From positions 1,303 to 65,302 of IMG/VR virus record IMGVR_UViG_3300047533_000002: DNA of 64,000 nucleotides. One strand, 5' to 3'. A program made the translations under genes and the position numbers. The DNA comes from a virus. The notes under the pieces are model-generated. The model did no database searches. It was not told where the DNA came from and saw only the letters and a program-made list of their open reading frames with translations. The first letter of the stretch is position 1; each line of letters begins with the position of its first letter. This document shows, in pieces, positions 62,264-64,000 of the stretch.

Positions 62264-62754
62264 GGGAGAGTTCCTTGTTCCCGTGTTTGTCGTCTTCGCC
62301 ACGGCCGGCGGACCGGAAGCGGCTGCGTGAAGTTCCGCCGAAACGGAACCGTCGAGGGATCGCGATAACGGGGAAAGAACGTCTACCGGCGGGAGAAAGC
62401 CCCCATGACCGCAGCTGCGGTCCATACAAGTCAGTCCAGTCTCCGGGATCATTTCTGCCCGAACGCGACAAGAGGTAGGGTCATTTCCGCAGGTTGGCAA
62501 GTACGAAAAGTCACACTGGTCGGCGCAAAATTGTCTCAACGGACTGAATTCCTTGAGATTTGGTGGGTGGTAACGATGCCATCCCAGGCTCCGGGCCGGC
62601 TGGGCATGGCCTGAGTATGGCTTGGGCATGGGCTGGGCCGGCGATCGCGACCGGGGACGACGCGGTGTTCCGTCTTGAAGCGGCCGCCATCCCGGTTTAG
62701 GGGAAGGACGGGCCGGGGCAGGGCAGGACCGAGCGGACGCGGGAGTGCAAGAGT

Positions 62755-63381
62755 ATGGCGAAGACGGGTGCCGCGGTGATAGATCCTTACGAAATGCTGG
62801 GCGTGACGCGCGATGCCGACGAGGCCGCGATCAAGGCTGCCTATCGCAAGCTGGCCAAGAGCGCCCATCCGGATGGCGGCGGCGATGCCGAGGCATTTGC
62901 TAAGATTTCCACCTGCTACGAACTGCTGAAGGACCCGGTGCGCCGCCGGGTGTTCGACGATACCGGCTACGATCCGCAGCTTGCCGAACCCGCCGATCTC
63001 AAGGGCGTGATGGTGCTGGAAACGCTGGTCAACGACATGATCCTCGATGAGCGTGAGCCGGGCAGTTTCGATCCGGTGGCGGGGCTGCGGCGCAAGCTGA
63101 CCGACGACATCCTGAAGGCGCGCTTCCACATCCTCGAGCTGGAGCGCCACCGGGCGCGGGTGCGCAAACATCTCGACCGGCTCGGCCGTCGGCCCGATGC
63201 CGATGTGCTCGGCTCGATGCTGCGTGCCCGGGCGCAGTCGATCACCGATGCGATCAAGGCATCGGAAGCACAGATCGCCGCGATCGAGCGGGCCTATACC
63301 ATGCTCGAGGGCTATTCCTACGAGATGGAGCCGCTGGCACCCGAGATCGAGGTCGAGGAGCTGCCGAAGGCGGCCGAATAA
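62755..63381 (+). CDS. J-domain (DnaJ-like) protein
   Basis: [23 protein letters not shown]. Confidence 0.9.
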   Translation: MAKTGAAVIDPYEMLGVTRDADEAAIKAAYRKLAKSAHPDGGGDAEAFAKISTCYELLKDPVRRRVFDDTGYDPQLAEPADLKGVMVLETLVNDMILDEREPGSFDPVAGLRRKLTDDILKARFHILELERHRARVRKHLDRLGRRPDADVLGSMLRARAQSITDAIKASEAQIAAIERAYTMLEGYSYEMEPLAPEIEVEELPKAAE

Positions 63382-63657
63382 GTCTGTCCCGAGCCTGGCT
63401 GGCAGCGAATTTTGACGTTCTTCATTTTTCTTGGGAAAACTGTCAATCAATATTGACAGTACGCGCCTGCATTTTAGGGTACCGTAATACTCCGGTGATA
63501 TGCCCAATGTTGCAGACCGTATCGGCACGATCACCCCAGTAGGACTGGCATGGCATGGGTCCGTCGCACCCCGCGCAGCTTGCGCGCCGGTTGTCTCCAC
63601 GTGATCCATGAGCCCCTTGGAGGGGTGACCTGACACCAACAGCTGGGGAATCCAAAC

Positions 63658-63951
63658 ATGCATCACGACGGCTTCGTCTCGCGATCGGTCGAGACGATTG
63701 TATACTTCCCACTCGGCCATCGCCGGCACCTCGTTCGCACAACCGCCCGACGGTTGGACCAATTGAATGGGGACGCCGCGACGGATTTCTGGAAATCGCT
63801 GTGCGGCCGCCTCAAGGCCGACCTTTTCGCGGCCGGCCGGTCCTACGAGGACGTGCGCCGCGAGATCCTGGCCTTCCAGGCGGCGGTGCATCGGGAGCTT
63901 TTGCTGCTCTACGAGCCGGACGGCGACACGCGGAGCGCGGTCGCCACCTGA
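63658..63951 (+). CDS. Conserved Rhizobiaceae-type hypothetical protein (DUF6074-like)
   Basis: YFPLGHRR...AADFW pattern; host codon usage. Confidence 0.6.
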   Translation: MHHDGFVSRSVETIVYFPLGHRRHLVRTTARRLDQLNGDAATDFWKSLCGRLKADLFAAGRSYEDVRREILAFQAAVHRELLLLYEPDGDTRSAVAT

Positions 63952-64000
63952 CATCATCGTCGCCATCCCGTTGAAGCCTTCGGCATGCCCGGACCCGCAC

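Noticed and set aside
62570-62700. Short TGGGCATGG repeats in the host intergenic region
   Set aside because: May be a REP/RIME-like element, but too short and irregular to support from this window alone.
62536-63966. 476-aa minus-strand ORF in the host flank
   Set aside because: Overlaps the J-domain gene and the 63658 ORF on the opposite strand; no recognisable motifs.
1-64000. CRISPR array, tRNA genes, retron or DGR
   Set aside because: No regularly spaced repeats, no cloverleaf with T-loop and CCA, and no reverse transcriptase or template/variable repeat pair seen.

Overview
About 61 kb (1 to ~60,990) of this window is a nearly complete temperate podovirus-type prophage. It has an N4-gp56-family capsid and an F116/Hollowayvirus-like layout, and its left end lies outside the window. 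It is integrated by a tyrosine recombinase at the 5' end of dusA (tRNA-dihydrouridine synthase A). The phage genes look Pseudomonas/gammaproteobacterial (RdgC, Rz/Rz1, typical Pseudomonas-phage small ORFs), but the host flank (dusA, cspA, a J-domain gene, a small hypothetical) looks Rhizobiaceae. This points to either a cross-class host jump or an assembly chimera. Modules in order: recombination (beta-clamp-like, Xis-like, YqaJ, ERF), cI/cro switch, RdgC/nuclease/replication region with two Fe(II)/2-oxoglutarate oxygenases, a second divergent region with a C4/IsrK-like RNA, packaging (with a free-standing GIY-YIG gene), head (with a CsrA-like ORF before the capsid gene), tail, ejection proteins, a 4,392-aa DarB-like polyvalent protein, lysis and integrase. 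The strongest candidates for new biology are (1) a three-gene tail glycanase module (GH5 cellulase, Calx-beta fibre, Calx-beta plus GH8-like protein) and (2) a small gene with its own RBS overprinted in the +1 frame inside the giant polyvalent gene. All family calls come from motif recognition by eye; no database searches were run.
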